In this document: in pieces, positions 38,359 to 52,343 of the stretch
How the letters are laid out: every line of letters begins with the position of its first letter
How positions within the stretch are numbered: the first letter of the stretch is position 1
The notes under the pieces: generated by a model
What the model was told of the DNA's origin: nothing
Databases searched by the model: none
The model's input: the letters and a program-made list of their open reading frames with translations, nothing else
Made by a program: the position numbers and the translations under genes
Origin: Kudoa neothunni
Taxonomy: Eukaryota; Animalia; Cnidaria
Direction: 5' to 3'
Assembly: GCA_964304625.1 (NCBI GenBank)
Contig: OZ199839.1
Span: 2,697,023 to 2,761,022 of the forward strand
Length of the DNA stretch: 64,000 bases

Positions 38359-39692
38359 ATGAATAAATGCAGTGCTTTGAGAAGGTTTCAGCTGTATATA
38401 CCTTCAATTATTGCTGGAGTACTGCTGTTTGGATTGTCGATTTTGTATTTTGTATTCGTGTAAGATTTTGGTCATGTGGTTAATTTGTTCTTTTATTGGT
38501 TAAACGTTAGTCTTACCGAATATTATAAAATGAACATGATATTTATCATTGTGATAGATGTGATATTATTTTTTTACTTTGTATCCAACTATTTCCAAAC
38601 ATTATTCATATCGCCAGGCTACTTCAAAAAAGGTACAAATCATTAGGATTGATTAAAATATTTGTGACAAACTCAGTTATTATTTTGAAAAAATTAATTT
38701 TCTATTACGAGATAAATCCATGGTGAATATGTGTTGAGTTGTTTGTTAGCCAAATCAATCGATAATGAAATTGGTGTGGGGAATATCGAATGTATCACTG
38801 CACAGTATTATCAATTGTATGAAGTTAGAGAATACACCATAAAAACCAAGTTTTGCGACACGTGCCACTTTTATAGACCCCCTAGAAGTACTCACTGTGG
38901 TATTTGTAACTATTGTGTTCAAGTATATGATCACCCATTTGTCGTTTGATTACATTTATCCAAATAATTTCTCTATTCTAGGATTTCGATCATCACTGCC
39001 ATTGGTTGAATACCTGCATTGGAGCTAGAAATTATAAGGTGTTTTTCATGACCTTGGTAACTGGCACTTTGCACATATGGTTTGTGATTGGCACAACTAT
39101 CTATATACTAATAAAAACCACGATTTTACATATTAGAATTGTTAGGTAAGATTCGTTTGATCCGATTTTATGTTAAACAAGTGCTCTATTAGTGGAGTGA
39201 TATTATTTTTTACAGTTGTATGCGCGTTACCAATACTTATGTTATTGTGTTTTCATTTGATTATGATTTCGGCCGGCATAACAACCAATGAACATGTAAT
39301 TAACCATCACCTCAACTTTTCATGTGGCTACAACTTTCGGAGGGGATTATGTTCTAATTTATTGATACATGAAGGTAACTGGAAAAGTCAAGTCTATAAA
39401 AGAGAATCCATTTAACCATGGCTGTTTGAGGAATTTATCTCTCAAATTATTTTCACCAAAACCACCAAAGTTTTTTCTTTTATCATCAAATAAAAATTTG
39501 ATTTGATTTTAGTTTCACCAAATACAAACCGGCAAGTTTTTACCTCGATGGATATGATCCTCATTTGGCCACCCAAATAAAAGATCAAATATCTCTGGTA
39601 ATCGTCTGAATTTTTGTTGGTTTGTTATGGATTTAATTATTCAGACAACAATTCCTGCTATCAATAAAAACGATGTAACATTTAATTTGTAG
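38359..39692 (+). CDS. DHHC palmitoyltransferase, ZDHHC5/8-like, short C-terminus
   Basis: '[25 protein letters not shown]|[22 protein letters not shown]', '[11 protein letters not shown]', '[10 protein letters not shown]'; N-terminal '[14 protein letters not shown]' TM; GT-AG introns. Confidence 0.93.
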
Positions 39693-40518
39693 TATAAAAT
39701 TGTGTATTCATTTTTTTGTCTTTTATCTATGCGTGTCTGCTTAAAAATAATCACAACAATGCCAATATTTTTTGGTTGTATTACATCTACGTTAATTCTA
39801 CATTCAAATTTATAATTTTTCTAATCTACTAGTGCGAATTTCCCTACCCTGTCCAGGGTTGAGAATATTTCGTATTGAAACACAACTAAAAAAAATATAT
39901 TGATCCTTTAACTTAAAACATAGAAATAATTAAATTAAATAAATTTTAAAATATGAGGAAAATTTGTCGAGTAAATTTTGAATAAATGACCAATTATTAA
40001 AATTATATTCTATGTATGCATGCATGTGCACATATTATTAATGTTGTTACATTTCTAGGGACTATGATCGTATTTATAGGTGCATTTCTGCAGTTTTTTA
40101 GTTTTAACATTTAATCCAAGTTTTATTACAACTGCCAATTGATTTTTCTTATTTCAAATAACGCAGTGTAAAAATGTTGAACAATTACATCATTTATTTT
40201 CTCAATGCTCTCTACAATACAAAACTAAGAATATTGATTAACAATTTTCACCTATGTTTTAGGACGTCCTCTACAACATAGAAATAAGAAAACTGATTAG
40301 AAGTCATCGTATTTTGAATAACTAGTATAAAACTAATGAGAGAATGAGTAGCTATCGTTATATTCTGGAGAAAACGACATGCTATACTGATGTTGCGCAT
40401 GCGCGGTGACTCGCGGGCACGGTGGTTCGTTATTTATTCATTATTTACTCGATAGAATTTCCGTAAATTTTTAAAAACCACATGTATCAATATTTTAAAT
40501 AATTTCAAAAAAGAAAAA

Positions 40519-41635
40519 TGTGGGGTAGATTTTTACCCCATCAAGAAATTCTTGGTTGTAAACTTGTAAACGTGATTTATTTGCTCTTCATAGGATACGA
40601 GTTTTTTTAATCTTCCAAAAAGGTAAGTAATATACGATTTTAGAATATTACGACAAACAAATATAAAATCAGAATAATTATAAGAAATTAACACTAATGA
40701 ATTGTTGGGGTAAAAAATTCCCCCAGATTTTGTTCACAACAATTGATAGATAAAATAATTACTATTACATAAATAAATAAATAAATAAATAAACTTTTTA
40801 ATTTATATGATGGATAAATTTGAAGTTATACGGTTATTACCTATTTCAACGGCCACGTGACTTACATTTTTAATTTTATCATTGCGATAATGAAGATGGA
40901 TTTCACCAATATTAGTTAAAATGATGAAGCAAATTACTTTAAAGTGATCATGAATACTTTACAACGGATATGTCGTACGAATCTAACGAGATTGAAAACT
41001 GAGAATTCGGGTCAATCTATAATCAGTAATGACGACCTATGGTGATGTTTTTCCATTTAATGGATTTATTATATATAAATGCGCGTTCCATTTACAAAAA
41101 AAAAAACTTTTGAGATAATATGGCAAAGTTATTGTATCTTTCCATTAATCATTAATGGAAAGAAACATCCTTGAAGCCCAAAATCCTAAGAGTTCAACCT
41201 TATCTATTTTGCTATAACTCGGTACACAAAATAAATGAACAATATTTTCAAGATTTAAATATTTTCACGGAAAATTGATAAGAAACCCGCTACTGCTTGT
41301 TTCAGATGTACGAACTACTGTTGCAAAATTCATTCCAAGTGTTTACTAATCTTATTCTCATTTGATGTTCTATTTGGTTGCGAAAATAGTAATTAAAATA
41401 TTTATTACATGATACAAATGTGAAATCTACTCAAACATTACGCTTTAAATAAAAAATTGTCATGGCGGATTTTAACGAATATAATTTTCGTAGGATTACA
41501 AGAATTACTACTCGGGATGTTGATTGTTTTACAGCTGAATCTAGCTTTGGGATTTTTCCTATTTTTATTTTCTGAAATCAAATATTTTTCTAGTTCGAAT
41601 GGAGAAATAAAAATATAGGGTAATTTTTTACCCAA
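40519..41635. repeat. Degenerate DNA-transposon region with palindromic GGGGTA(A/T)nTACCCC motifs
   Basis: Palindromes at about 40521-40540, 40706-40725 and 41618-41633; typical subterminal motifs, true ends not resolved. Confidence 0.4.
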
Positions 41636-41682
41636 AAATTCATTGGAATACAGTCGATTTTAGTACATTAGAGAGCTAAAAG

Positions 41683-42676
41683 CAGGACTTCCCAATTTGG
41701 GGTCCGTGACTCATACCTTTAATCAACTAAAAATTGTACGACTGAGCGTGTTTTGTAAGTAATCGGAATCTCCCTCGAAAATATATTATGTACAATGTAA
41801 GTTGAATTAAGTTTGGTAAACAGTAGTCATTCGATGAACTTTACTAAACACTAACTTACATGTTCAATTTACTATTACCTATTTATATACAGTTGAATCT
41901 CGATTATCCGGAAGATATTTTAAATTTTATTTGAGTTTTATTGAAATTACGAGTCGATAAATGTTCGATTAACCGGAACCTCACCGTCACTGTCCAGAAA
42001 AAATCACTGGTATTAAATTTTCTGGATAATCAATGTTAGACTACGTATATAAAGCAAAAATTAACATTTTTTTAATCACAAATAATTTAATTAAAAAACT
42101 TTTATCACCTGAAATAAACAATTTAAAATAAATTTGATGAGCAAACTGTAAAATGCTTTAAATGAATCGAATTCCTAATAATTGTATTATGTACTTGTTA
42201 AGCTAACTATAAGACAAATAAGGATTAAAATCAATTCGCTCCCAAAAATTATATAAACTAACACTTCATATTCAAGAGCGGAAAATATGTTTCTTTTTCT
42301 CATATAGTTTTTAAATTCAGAATTAAAACAAAAAACAACAAAATTCATCTTACGCACGTGAGCGATTTCCTTATCGGATTTTTCGCATTAAAATATTAAG
42401 TATCCAGTTCATTTGTAAATTATGATTTATGCGTATCGTTATCTCATAAAGAGTCCCGTCTCAACGTAATTATTGCTCATAAAAGTCAAAGAATTTAATT
42501 TATTATCAGTTGTGTTGATTTTATTTACATTTATCCTCTTGTTAATGTAGGCTATGTTTTTTCTTTTTTATGTAATTTTAGTAGAAATATCTTCCCGAAA
42601 AAAAAGACATTATAAAACTTACTTATGATTTTTTTTGATATGGGTTGCGGGAACTAAAATAACTCGGGAAGCGCTG
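41683..42676. mobile_element. hAT-type MITE with a nested small Tigger-like MITE (about 41890-42043)
   Basis: Ends caggacttccc / gggaagcgctg; inner ta|cagttgaatctcgattatccgga ... tctggataatcaatgttagacta. Confidence 0.55.
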
Positions 42677-42860
42677 CTTTAAAGAAATAGATATAATACT
42701 ACAGTTAGTAGATCGAAACTAACTTAAACTCAGGATATGTACAGAAATAATAAGAGACTGCGTTGTATGCTCATTAGGTGGTAAATGGAGATTTTAAAAG
42801 AATTAACAAAAAGGAGAATCAATAGAAAATAGTGTCAGATGTTATTTTTTTTCCGAGGAA

Positions 42861-44720
42861 TCATTGCTTGGAGCTGGTGGATTCTTTATTATTCTTTTCC
42901 CCAATATCCTTTTGTTTTCTATAGATTTTCGAGAAGTATGATTTTATCTTCCGAAATTTCCTTCGATCCTCTTTACCATAACAATTTATATCCAACTTAA
43001 CCAGCCAGCTTGAAGCCAACTCAATCTGTCTTAGGATCGAAGGAATTGCAGTATTTTTGTGAATGATGTACATTCTCGAAAGAATGTTGGAAACTTGTAG
43101 ACAATTCAGTTGATCTCTGCTATGCAAGATAATAATTGAGAGCAGATTCAAAAGTCGTATTGCATTTTCCACCACTTTGACACGATAAACCACACAAAAA
43201 TCTTCCAAAAATAAACGATCATTATTTTGGGATGGCCACAATGTACATCTTGATAGTACTTCCACAAAATCTGTAGTCAACGTTTTGCTCAGATATTGTA
43301 GTACATTTTTATAATAGGCATTTTGACTTTTACTATACACTATCTTCAGTGTATCCACAATCACACCAAGTGCTATACCTGTGGCTATGGTGGCTGGTTG
43401 AAATTTCCCAACATGCAACTTACACAGTGAAGATGATAACACTGAGATTATATCGAAACAATTCTCCAATATGATATCATTGTTTTTGGTGAGAAGTTGT
43501 CTAAGGAGAATTGCTGAGAAAAACAACATATGATTTTCGTCGGATGCATCTAATTTGAAATTATCAACATAAACGCGACTAAAATATAACTTTTTTTGTG
43601 AATCGGATTGGGTAGGGGTTCATCACAATCAATACATATTTTATGAACCGTCCAGCGTGACAAAAAAAATAACAGCACCTCCACAATTGATGGCCATCTG
43701 TGTAACTGGCCCACTAGTAAATCGTAAAACTCTGAGCTAGCTCTAGACAGAACTACCACTATAAAGTGTAGTACTAAAAATGCGGTCTTATACACCACAA
43801 AAGGGCAATAATTCAAAAACCCATTCCCACTATTTTCAATAACAACTTTTAAGCAGCTCAATATTTCAAGCAAAATTGGAAAAACTCCAATGGCACAAAC
43901 GAAACCCAACTTATAATCATCAAACTGACTTCTCATAGCTAGTACACGCTCAAGGAATGATAACATTTCTGTAAAATGAAATTCCGCAATCAAATCGTTC
44001 ACGTCTGCTTGTTGATCAGCACTAGTTGAAGGTGAATAGAATATTAATATAAAATGATCAATACACAATCGCTCAACTTACCCATAAACTGATGACAACA
44101 AATTTTCACAAACTACATGAGTAGAAGCGATTTTCGGGAATAAGCGATTCATATAACTCAATAGAAATACTATTTCTTGCCAATCATTCTGGAATATCTT
44201 CAACTGTTCAACGGTTTTCAAACTCTCTGAAATTTCTTGTGGATTAGCTATCTGTGCTAGATTGAGAGATTCGGAAAGATCGGCTGCATTCTTCAAAATG
44301 CACGCCATCGTATCACCTACAACAAACAAGAAATATAAACATTTTTGAGAGAGGTTTCATTACGCGCTATATTTACCGAACCGATATCTCGCTGAGAAAC
44401 CATCCGAAATTGATAGAAAAATGAATTTGATATCAATTCATAAAATTCCGGCATCGCGCAAAATACCAAACAGTAGAATTTGTTATTTTTATAGCTGCTC
44501 AACATATAACGATTTAAATGATAATTTTCCACCGCATTCTCAACATAACTTAAACCATTCGGCACCTTATTATTATATTTGATAACTATTGTTATATTTG
44601 GAGGTGGTAAATTACATGAAATATGAATTCATCCAGTAGCTTCTGTTTGTTTGGTACTGTAGTAAGTTGTTGGTCGTATGGCCCTCTAGAGGGAAATTTT
44701 ATCGATCCCATGTGTTGCAT
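42861..44720 (-). CDS. Uncharacterised Leu/Ile-rich helical protein; weak resemblance to TRPC4AP/TRUSS
   Basis: Consecutive minus-strand ORFs joined by short GT-AG introns. The gene itself is well supported; the family guess rests mainly on 'QADVNDLIAEF' compared with a recalled 'QADVxxMIAEF' block. Confidence 0.7.
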
Positions 44721-45639
44721 CCTTTCCACTGTGTTTACTCCCAATTATGTGTAATAATTGGTATAAAAATTTTCCGCCACAATCAGTAGGAAGATACACT
44801 TGTATTTGGGGCCCAACCGACCTCATCAAATTCAAACAACTAATTAAACCACGGTTCTTATTTCAACTTTCACTATTTATAGGAATAAATAACAAAAAAC
44901 TTCTGTATTATGGTTATTTTTAAAGTTTTTAACCGCCAATTTAATTGATTTTTTAATTGCTTAATTTGTTCGCCATACATTAAATCTTATTTATGTTTTG
45001 ATCAAAATACTAATTACTCTAGGTAGTACCTGGCTGAAACCATTTAATAAAAAATTTAATAAAATAAGCTGAAAACTCAACAAATCTTCCACCGGCGATA
45101 AAGGAAGGACTTGTTAAAATAAATACATATTACATTATAGATTTATTCATTAATCCAATAAATTAACCCCTTTTTGTTTTATCTGATTATTACTACATCC
45201 AATATTGGATTAATTCTCTCAGTAAGTCATTAATTAACAAATATTTATTCCAATTTGTTAATGAAACATTAATTTAACAACAATAATACACTGTATGGGA
45301 GTAAAATATTCGGTTATTAAGTTTGTTCTCAATAATTACTGAATCTAACTCTTAACGTGAAGAAATTCTTAATTTATTATACATATATTTTCATTCATTT
45401 TCCGACAAATGTGTGATGATTAAATTAGTAAAAGTTTAAAAATGTATTTTTATTATATATTTTCTAAACTTTCCCTAGATTTATATATTACTCTTAAACA
45501 CAAGATTAAACATTACAATGTTCTACATTCAATCATTTCCTCTATAGACGGATTTTATTCCCAAATAAATTATTATCTTAGTAATATTTGAATTTTTAAT
45601 TTCCATAAACTCACATAATTGTTCATGGATTTATGCAAG

Positions 45640-46200
45640 TCAATCGATGCTTTCAAGCTTCGGCCGTGGGAGTCGAGTGGGCATGATCACATCCAATGCA
45701 AATCTCAGTTAATCCTTTCACACGGTAACAATTCTTGACGATCGCGCCTATAGCTAAGCCACCCTCTATAATGTTACCACATTTGAGGGTTTCACATGAT
45801 GTGGTATAGTATTTAACTATTAGGCCCTATTGAAGGTTAATTCTGTAAAATAATTGCTCCAAGGAACCTTTTGGGGATATAAATGATAAAGATAAGTATC
45901 TGTTACCTTGTGAAATTGGATATTTTAAAGCACTCACGAATTGCATTCGATACGAGGGAATAAGATTCTCTGTGCATAAAAAGCGGGAGATATTTTCTCA
46001 AGGTTTAAAAAAGTGTTGATATCAGATTAGCAATCTTTAAAAATACAATAATTGAGAATCGAGATTAGGGATTAATACGCAGTTTGCATAAGGGCGTCAA
46101 TGGATTATTTGGTCTCATTTAATGACCAGCCATCTCAAATAAGTGTTAACCATTGTCACTATCTTTGACTGTTGATAGCGTATTAATTGGACATTGGCTC
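45640..46200 (+). mobile_element. Possible highly degenerate LINE reverse-transcriptase remnant
   Basis: GC-richer island with fragments 'SGHDHI', 'IRPY', 'LQGT', 'IND' in the order expected for a non-LTR RT; no open frame. Confidence 0.3.
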
Positions 46201-49200
46201 AGTGAGGTTTTTAATAGCAGATCATTTCAAACTTTTAAGTGATATTTGTATTTAATGAAAAAATTTAGGTTCAGGGTTTAGGATTAATGATTGTTAAAAA
46301 ATAAAAGAATAATAATACAATGTTAAATTTTTTCAAAAAAATTATATCTATATAAATCGTTTTTATATATTATGATTTACAAATCGATAAATCTAACATT
46401 TGATAATCATATCGTGAAATCTTTTATGATCATTTAAAGTAAAAATCACGATATCATAACATACATAATACTAAGGTTGGCGAGGTTTATAAATTGCGAA
46501 CAGATAATTGACTTTATTCAGAAGTCGCAATGATCTATTTTAGGGTCATATAATTTAAAAAATTGTATTTATAATTCAGATATTTTTTATACGAAACACA
46601 AAATCCGCATATTGGCTTTTATTACAATGGATGATTTTGTGATAAACATGAAATTAATATATTTCAAAAATAATAATGCTAATTAAACATTTAATAAACC
46701 GATATAGGAATTCACGAAAGAACCAAATTATTTGTTCACGTGTGGACTCCAATGACCCTTTGTGCAAAAACTGTCTGTTATATGGATGGTATAACTATTA
46801 CAGCATTATAAAATTTTTATATTACTAAGATGGCACTAAATTATATATTCTGTGTTATTATGATTAAGAAATTATGGATGTGAAAAAAAATATTAAGCGA
46901 CATTGACTGGGTCGAAAACGACCCAACAAATCATAATAGGTTTAATATCTTCATCTCAAGTTTCCATCCAAGTATCTAATAAACAACGTACCAATAAATA
47001 CATACTGAACATATAGTTCGATATGTTGTTTAGATTTTATTGCTACTCAACAATCAAATATTATATTTCTTTATAAGCGCTAATGCCCAGCTTTGCGTGG
47101 TACTATGTGTTGGAAAATTTTAACTTTTAGTTTTATTTTTGAATGGAGAAATTCTACTGAAGATTTAATCTAATTAGCACGTTAAACCAAGTAAATTTTA
47201 TTTTTCTATTTTAATTGTTGCATTTTAAAGCTTTTCATTATTTTTGCAACTTGGTGATTTAGTTAAACAAAATTATGCGCGCACTTTCCATTAAAATATA
47301 AATAGAGATATCGAGAGATATTAATGAGTATTTTTTAGGTCATTTTACAAATCATTGACCAATAATATAATGACATTAATTTTATGAACAATTTAATTAA
47401 CGATTGAAGTTCATTTATTTATTACACAAAATCATTAAGTAACTTAAATAGGACATTCAGTTCTTTCCAAAATTTCGTGATGAAAGTTAATCAGTCTAGT
47501 TATAAAATTTATTATTAGTCTGCAACGATAAAAATAATAAAATCAACCTAAAATGCGTCAGAAATAAAAATATTAATTGTTCCTCTTTTTTTTTAATTTT
47601 TGCAATTTTATAAAGGATGTTAATGAGGTTTAATAATCTGTGAGTGATAACTTACGTATTCGCTAGTTTAACATAATTTCCCCATTTTTAAATAAATGAA
47701 ACCTTCATTTTTAACAAAAATACTTATTGGTTCAAAAATATACAAATATAATTATCAAAATACGATTAAACCTAAAATTGAAAGGTGTTTTTGGTTTGAA
47801 AAATTACAGTATTGCTAAAATATTTAAATATCAACTGGTTTTCACGAAAGAGTGCACCCTTTTAAAAGTAAACGTACGGTTTGATTGCCCCAAAAATACC
47901 TTTGTATTGAACTATTCCTAGATTAATAAAAACTTTGTGAAAATATCGGTTAGATCGAATACACCAATAATTTCTCATTAACTTACATGGCACGTAATGA
48001 GAGGGGACTGTATTTTGTGCAAAAGTAATCGTGAATATAAATTCTTAAACTACGTATAATATGCGCCTTTTATATAATAATGAATTATTGTTAGCGAAAA
48101 GAAAATTATATATTGACTTGAATATTAACCTTAAGGTTTGGGGTAAGGAATAATTAGGTTACTAAGAACTTAAACACTATTTAAAGAATTATCTCATAAA
48201 ATACAGAAACTTATCGAATTAATTATGCCGACTGTTTCGCAAGAAAGTTTAGGAAAACCAAAAAATAAATAAAAAATTTATCGAAAGGACGAATATAGTT
48301 TCAATCTTAATCGATATATTTGATAAAAAGAAATTTTCACATCTCAGGAATTCCAATTGAGCATAATCTACATTTAAGAAGTTACCACAAAAGTTTAATT
48401 ATTTGAAAACTCTACTCACATCTTACATTGTTTTTAGAATGGGTATAGAGACCAAAATTATTCCAACGTGGTAACAACATATAATCTCAAATTATGTGTT
48501 TTATTTAAAATTTATCGTACGTCTATTTGCTTAAAATGAATCTATATTTCAAAAAAATGTAATATGCTTCAAATTTTAAAGGAAATGCAACAACTTTTGT
48601 AAATGTGACGTTAATAGTTTTATTTGTCTTATAATTATTCCAAAAAGGCGCATGTAGCATTTTTGAAACAATCCATACAAAAATTAACAGATTTTCTTTG
48701 TATATAATAGGTGAAAGTTCATTCTAATTGACTAGCACTCCGAGGTAAACAAACATCAATATTATTCAGGTACTTTTTAATGTGTTATTTGAGTAGACAA
48801 CCAGAAAATTCCTTACTTCTGACTGCCTTATTGATTATATTTTTACTTCTAAGTAAATGAACGATTTTCATAATAGTATCATTCTTCCAAATATATACTA
48901 AAAGTTGTATTTAAAAGTTTCTCCATAGCACATGTGTACTGCTGCGAACACATACTGACAGACGTAAAAGCTTATATATATATATATATATATATATTAG
49001 ATAATGAAAATAACCTGAAAAATTCTCGGTGTTTCAGGTGCTAAACGTCTCCCGGAACTAGAGTTAGAAAAAGTTACATCCTTTGTTTTTCTTGTGAAGG
49101 ATGCGTTTGTAAAAACCATAGACGCCAGAAGAAAGAAATTTATTGAAGTGATTGTTATAACTAGATTTTTTGACTAATTTTTTTATCACATCATTATCTT

Positions 49201-50099
49201 GTACGTGTTTTTTCGACGAATCAGGCGTTATATTATTAAGCTACGATTCATTTGATGTATTATAACGATAAGAATCATTGTGTATCTCTTGTAATTTGTA
49301 TGATACCTAATATATTTTAATTAGAAATAGATAGATTTTTCGTACAATGGTTCAAATATTGAAAATGTTTTTAAATGAAATTCAGGGCATGGTGGTGCTT
49401 CTTAAAACATTCAGGAATTTTATTGGTTATCGAGAGGAGCGTTGAGTGTATAATTATGAAGAACAAATTATATTCGTATTCATTCTTGATATCGATACAT
49501 TTATAAGTTACGCCAATATTGCAAGTATGGATACCAAAAAATTTAAAAAACTCAGGTTCCTGCCAAATTTCCCCGTTGAATGGTTTAAGGTTTTTATATA
49601 ACCTTTTGAATATGCAAATAAATAAAAAATACTTTGTAAAAAGTTAAGAGAATATAGTAATTATCAATGCAACTGAATTATTAAGATATTCAACCCTGAT
49701 AATTTTTTATTTGATTACTTTACATTAAAATAAATAAAAAAGATGTCAGTTGATCAAATATTGATTTCTACCATAGAAAACTGCATGCGTGGTTAAATCT
49801 CCTACTTCCGGACCAGTCTGATAATTTCCATAGAACTCTGTTTGGTTGGGCAAAGTTTCATCACAATCTATTATTTTTTTATGAAACTTGGTCATATAAA
49901 TTAGATGTTTATTTCATTAATACATGTTAAGAAACTTTTGTGTTGAAATTTTTGCGCTGAATGCAGGACATTTTTCCCTCTTTGTTCAAATAATTCAAAT
50001 GTGAACGAATGCGTTCTTTTGAACGTTCCATAGCTGTCGGTTAGATCAACACCCAAAGCCAATTTTCATTATGAATTGATAGAATTTTTTAGACTTTAA

Positions 50100-50770
50100 G
50101 GGAGATCCTTCTTCAATCGTATTACAACTTGTAGGGGGCAAGTTAAGGAAAACAAACACTAGCGAAGCTATGATCGTGATCTATGGAAGGAAATATTAAT
50201 AAACTGTGCATCACATCTATTGAACTTGTAAGTTTCAACGTTCATAAAGTCTTAAAAATCTTCAATTAAAAAAACTAATAACTTCATAAATAAAATGAAG
50301 AATTCGAAAATTCCGGATTGTCGGGTATTTTCTTAAAAATATGACTGGGTTAAAAGGGAGCAAAAAAGATGGTATAATATAATTTAAATAGTTGGGGTTC
50401 GTGAGATATTAGATAACTAATCTGAATTATCGCCACTAACAGAGGAAACTTGATCGATCACTTCGTGACACCAGTAAAAGTCTTGAAATTTCTGACTTAA
50501 AGAGTCGTTCAAACAAACTTAGCTAGATTCTGAAAGTTTTGAAACATTTTAAAAGTATTAATGATGAAACCCAATGATATGTCTATTAAAGTGTAGCACA
50601 ACGTACTAGGAGAAGAATAGTTAAACGTCGCTGTTTGTTGGGCAGCGAACACTGGGATATTCGTCAATCTGCGTATTTTAACAAACAATAATTAATAAAT
50701 ATTGTTCAAATATCGATTTTATTCTTTTATTGGATGTAACTTTTGATGCCAGATTAAGAAAAATGACTAA
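50100..50770 (+). mobile_element. Degenerate hAT transposase remnant
   Basis: 'INCASHLLNL' (CxxH motif, about 50200), 'KRWYN' (TRW-like) and 'FDARLR' (LDPR-like) in the expected order. Confidence 0.5.
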
Positions 50771-52343
50771 CTTTAATATTCATTAAAACTTGTCTGTTCT
50801 TTTCATATTGGTAATAATTTTATTTAATTATTTCAGTAAAACTGCGGAACAAAGGTTGTATTTTCCGATTACAAATTATAATTAATCCGATCATTAATCT
50901 CACCTTTTTAAATTGAATTAATGTGGGATCTTTGAATAATTTATTACATTTCATACAATAAATTATTTTTGGCCGGAATGTTATCCATCTGCAACATTTA
51001 AACATCTAATTTTCAATAGGAATATGAAATTCTCATTCGTATAGATTCGTGCAATTAATAAAGATAACTAATTTTGAGAAATTTGGATAATACATCAAAA
51101 TAATTGCTAAGACAAGAAAACAACTCTAAAATATTATAATAATATTTAATTAAACTAGCTTGTTTTTATATATCCGACTAATATTATATAGAAAGGTTTT
51201 TACGGATAGCGGTATCTTAGAATAATTATAAATACCTCTGCAGTATGTAATGAAATATTCTGTAATCTCACACACTACCTTTTCAACCTTAAAAAGCATG
51301 GTTGTAATTATCAAATTTTGGACTACAGAGAAGTTGCTTTACTTCATTGAGTAATGCCTTGTATAACGATTACGAAATGGTTGTAAATATATAAATATTA
51401 CAATAATTAACATGCATAGCGAATAAAATATTAATGTAAAATATAAAAACTAATAATTATTCGAAAATAAAATATCCAATCTGGTCGGCGTTGTTCGTTT
51501 TAATCGATATCGATCGTGGTAATTATTCTGCAATCTACCCGCCATATTTTTACCAATGTGTCAATATAAATAAATTCTTAAAGAATGCTGAATAATCGCT
51601 TACGAATTTTGTTGACAACTCACGAATTTAATTATATTGTACCTTTATTATAATGTAATTATATACGTAACAGAAATTAATATATGTATCTGCATTGATT
51701 ACCAATAAAAATATATAGAAGCTAAAAACCTTGTTTTTAAATTATTAAGTCATGACCTAAAATAATCTCCCAAATCCATAGCGGCCATCAATCGGTTAAA
51801 GACACTTCTAATAAGAGACGGTGGATCGAATTCGTTCATATTACCCCGAATATATCAGACATTTTTTTCAGTGATATCACAATCCCCTGAAACTAGATTT
51901 AATAGAAACATGTGTCAATTTCATCAGGATCTAATCCAGCAAAGCTATACCTTGGGAATTAACTTCTTAAAATTTCACATGTTTGCATTAAAGATGAATA
52001 TGGATTTATTAATACATTCATTTTTGAGTACTCAAAATCAAGAGATAATATTGAGTGCAGATAATTTCAAAGATAACAGTAATCTGGTTATTTAAATTTA
52101 AATTCAAAAGTGGATTAGATGTTTGTTATCATACGAAAACGTTCGTGCTATCAAATTGTTTTTTTCGTTTCTGCCTTAGTGTGGTACTATTGCTGTAGGT
52201 ATTATTAAATTTATTATGAGTTACCGTGGGAGAGTTATTCAACGATACCTTTCGATGATGATGATGATCCTTCGATATCGCATGCATAAACATTGGATTT
52301 GAGGAGGTAGTTGATATTGCATTGTGTAGAATTTCAAGTTAGG

